DNA from: Oscillospiraceae bacterium
GTDB lineage: Bacteria; Bacillota; Clostridia; Oscillospirales; Oscillospiraceae
DNA: 64,000 nt
Assembly: GCA_009779845.1 (NCBI GenBank)
Contig: WRBE01000005.1
Span: 880-64,879 of the forward strand
Direction of reading: 5' to 3'
Shown in pieces: positions 63,494-64,000 of this stretch. Position 1 is the stretch's first letter. Every line of letters starts with the position of its first letter. The position numbers were made by a program, and so were the translations under genes. The notes under the pieces were generated by a model, which saw only the letters and a list, made by a program, of their open reading frames with translations, made no database searches and was not told the origin of the DNA.

Positions 63494-63925
63494 CTAAAAT
63501 ATATTTATATATTTTTGAAATTCAATATATCTTTCGTTTGTTTCATTTATCTTGCCGTCTCCAATGAAATCAAGCACAGATGTACAGAAGTGAGAAAGTT
63601 CATTTAATTCAAATTTTTCACTGGTTTTTGCCTGCGTAAATATAATAGATACAGAGATGTCAACATGCTTATTCCCATTTTCGTCAACAAAAAAACTTTC
63701 TATTCCGTGTGAATCAGATACTAATATCCCATTAACAAAAATTCCTATACCATCAAGCCCTACCTCACCCTTCCCTAAAGATGCCTCGGCAGGGTCAAAA
63801 GTTTTTGATGAATATTCGCGCAAAGCGATATAATTTACTAGATGCTCGAATTTCTGTGAATCGTCAGGGTTGAGTTCAAACCTTGTTGCATGTTCGTCAA
63901 GAAAAGGCTTAATAACACTATTCAT
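63494..63925 (-). CDS. AIPR-family abortive-infection protein, N-terminal part (frame-broken gene)
   Basis: Start moved to the ATG at 63925 (SD AGGAGG 6 nt upstream). It contains GEVGLDGIGIFVNG and VSIIFTQAKTS segments, as in AIPR N-terminal regions. The stop at 63494 overlaps the open upstream part of the next frame. Confidence 0.6.
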   Translation of the reverse strand: MNSVIKPFLDEHATRFELNPDDSQKFEHLVNYIALREYSSKTFDPAEASLGKGEVGLDGIGIFVNGILVSDSHGIESFFVDENGNKHVDISVSIIFTQAKTSEKFELNELSHFCTSVLDFIGDGKINETNERYIEFQKYINIF

Positions 63926-64000
63926 ATCCATCCTCCTATTTAATTGAACATCTATGAGCAAGTAATAAAAACATAAGTTCAAATCCATATACTACGGCCA

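Noticed and set aside
63971-64000. GTTCAAATCC, resembling a tRNA T-loop, followed by ...GGCCA at the very end of the window. This could be a tRNA 3' end or att site flanking the islet.
   Set aside because: The bases flanking the putative T-loop (ATAAG / CCATA) cannot form a T-stem, and the sequence is cut by the window edge. It cannot be supported as a tRNA from what is visible.
1-64000. Search for CRISPR arrays, rRNA and tRNA genes, and integrases or recombinases other than the IS3 remnant.
   Set aside because: No regularly spaced direct repeats, no rRNA-like conserved blocks and no cloverleaf-compatible sequences were seen in the intergenic regions I read. This was by eye only, and tRNAscan, Infernal or minced would be decisive.

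Overview
64-kb chromosomal window from a high-GC, spore-forming Firmicute. Gene content suggests Clostridia (Oscillospiraceae/Ruminococcaceae-like), but that is inference only. Nothing here was database-searched; all calls rest on reading the sequence and recognising motifs.

Layout, left to right:
(1) A partial secreted-protein gene running off the left edge.
(2) An AT-rich intergenic region with four small peptide genes (29-33 aa, two tandem A-B pairs) that are absent from the ORF track. A HlyD/MacB/FtsX-type ABC exporter follows, and its adaptor protein carries a ~250-aa Pro/Met-rich insertion.
(3) A decayed IS3-family element.
(4) Housekeeping genes: mtaD, an XdhC-like gene, mnmA and ispD.
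(5) A small AT-rich islet with a divergent RHH / AbrB-like gene pair.
(6) A nine-gene polyamine supercluster encoding both the SpeD/SpeE route and the carboxy(nor)spermidine route. It is interrupted and flanked by copies of a modular, hairpin-rich intergenic repeat.
(7) tatD, secG and rsmG.
(8) A xylan/xylose regulon: a ROK regulator, a 3445-aa SLH-anchored enzyme with three GH10 domains, xylA, xylB, a sugar ABC importer, GH1 and GH3. Three near-identical promoter-operator modules precede its operons.
(9) nifS-like, recD2, comFC, mreB, ygiQ, pyrK, pyrD, cls and spoIID.
(10) An abrupt switch to AT-rich DNA carrying an AIPR-type abortive-infection gene. It is broken at homopolymer runs and, when mentally repaired, reads as an AIPR-S1 RNA-binding fusion.

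No rRNA, tRNA or CRISPR array was found. The best candidates for something undescribed are the small-peptide cassette with its exporter, the AIPR-S1 islet, and the modular repeat family.
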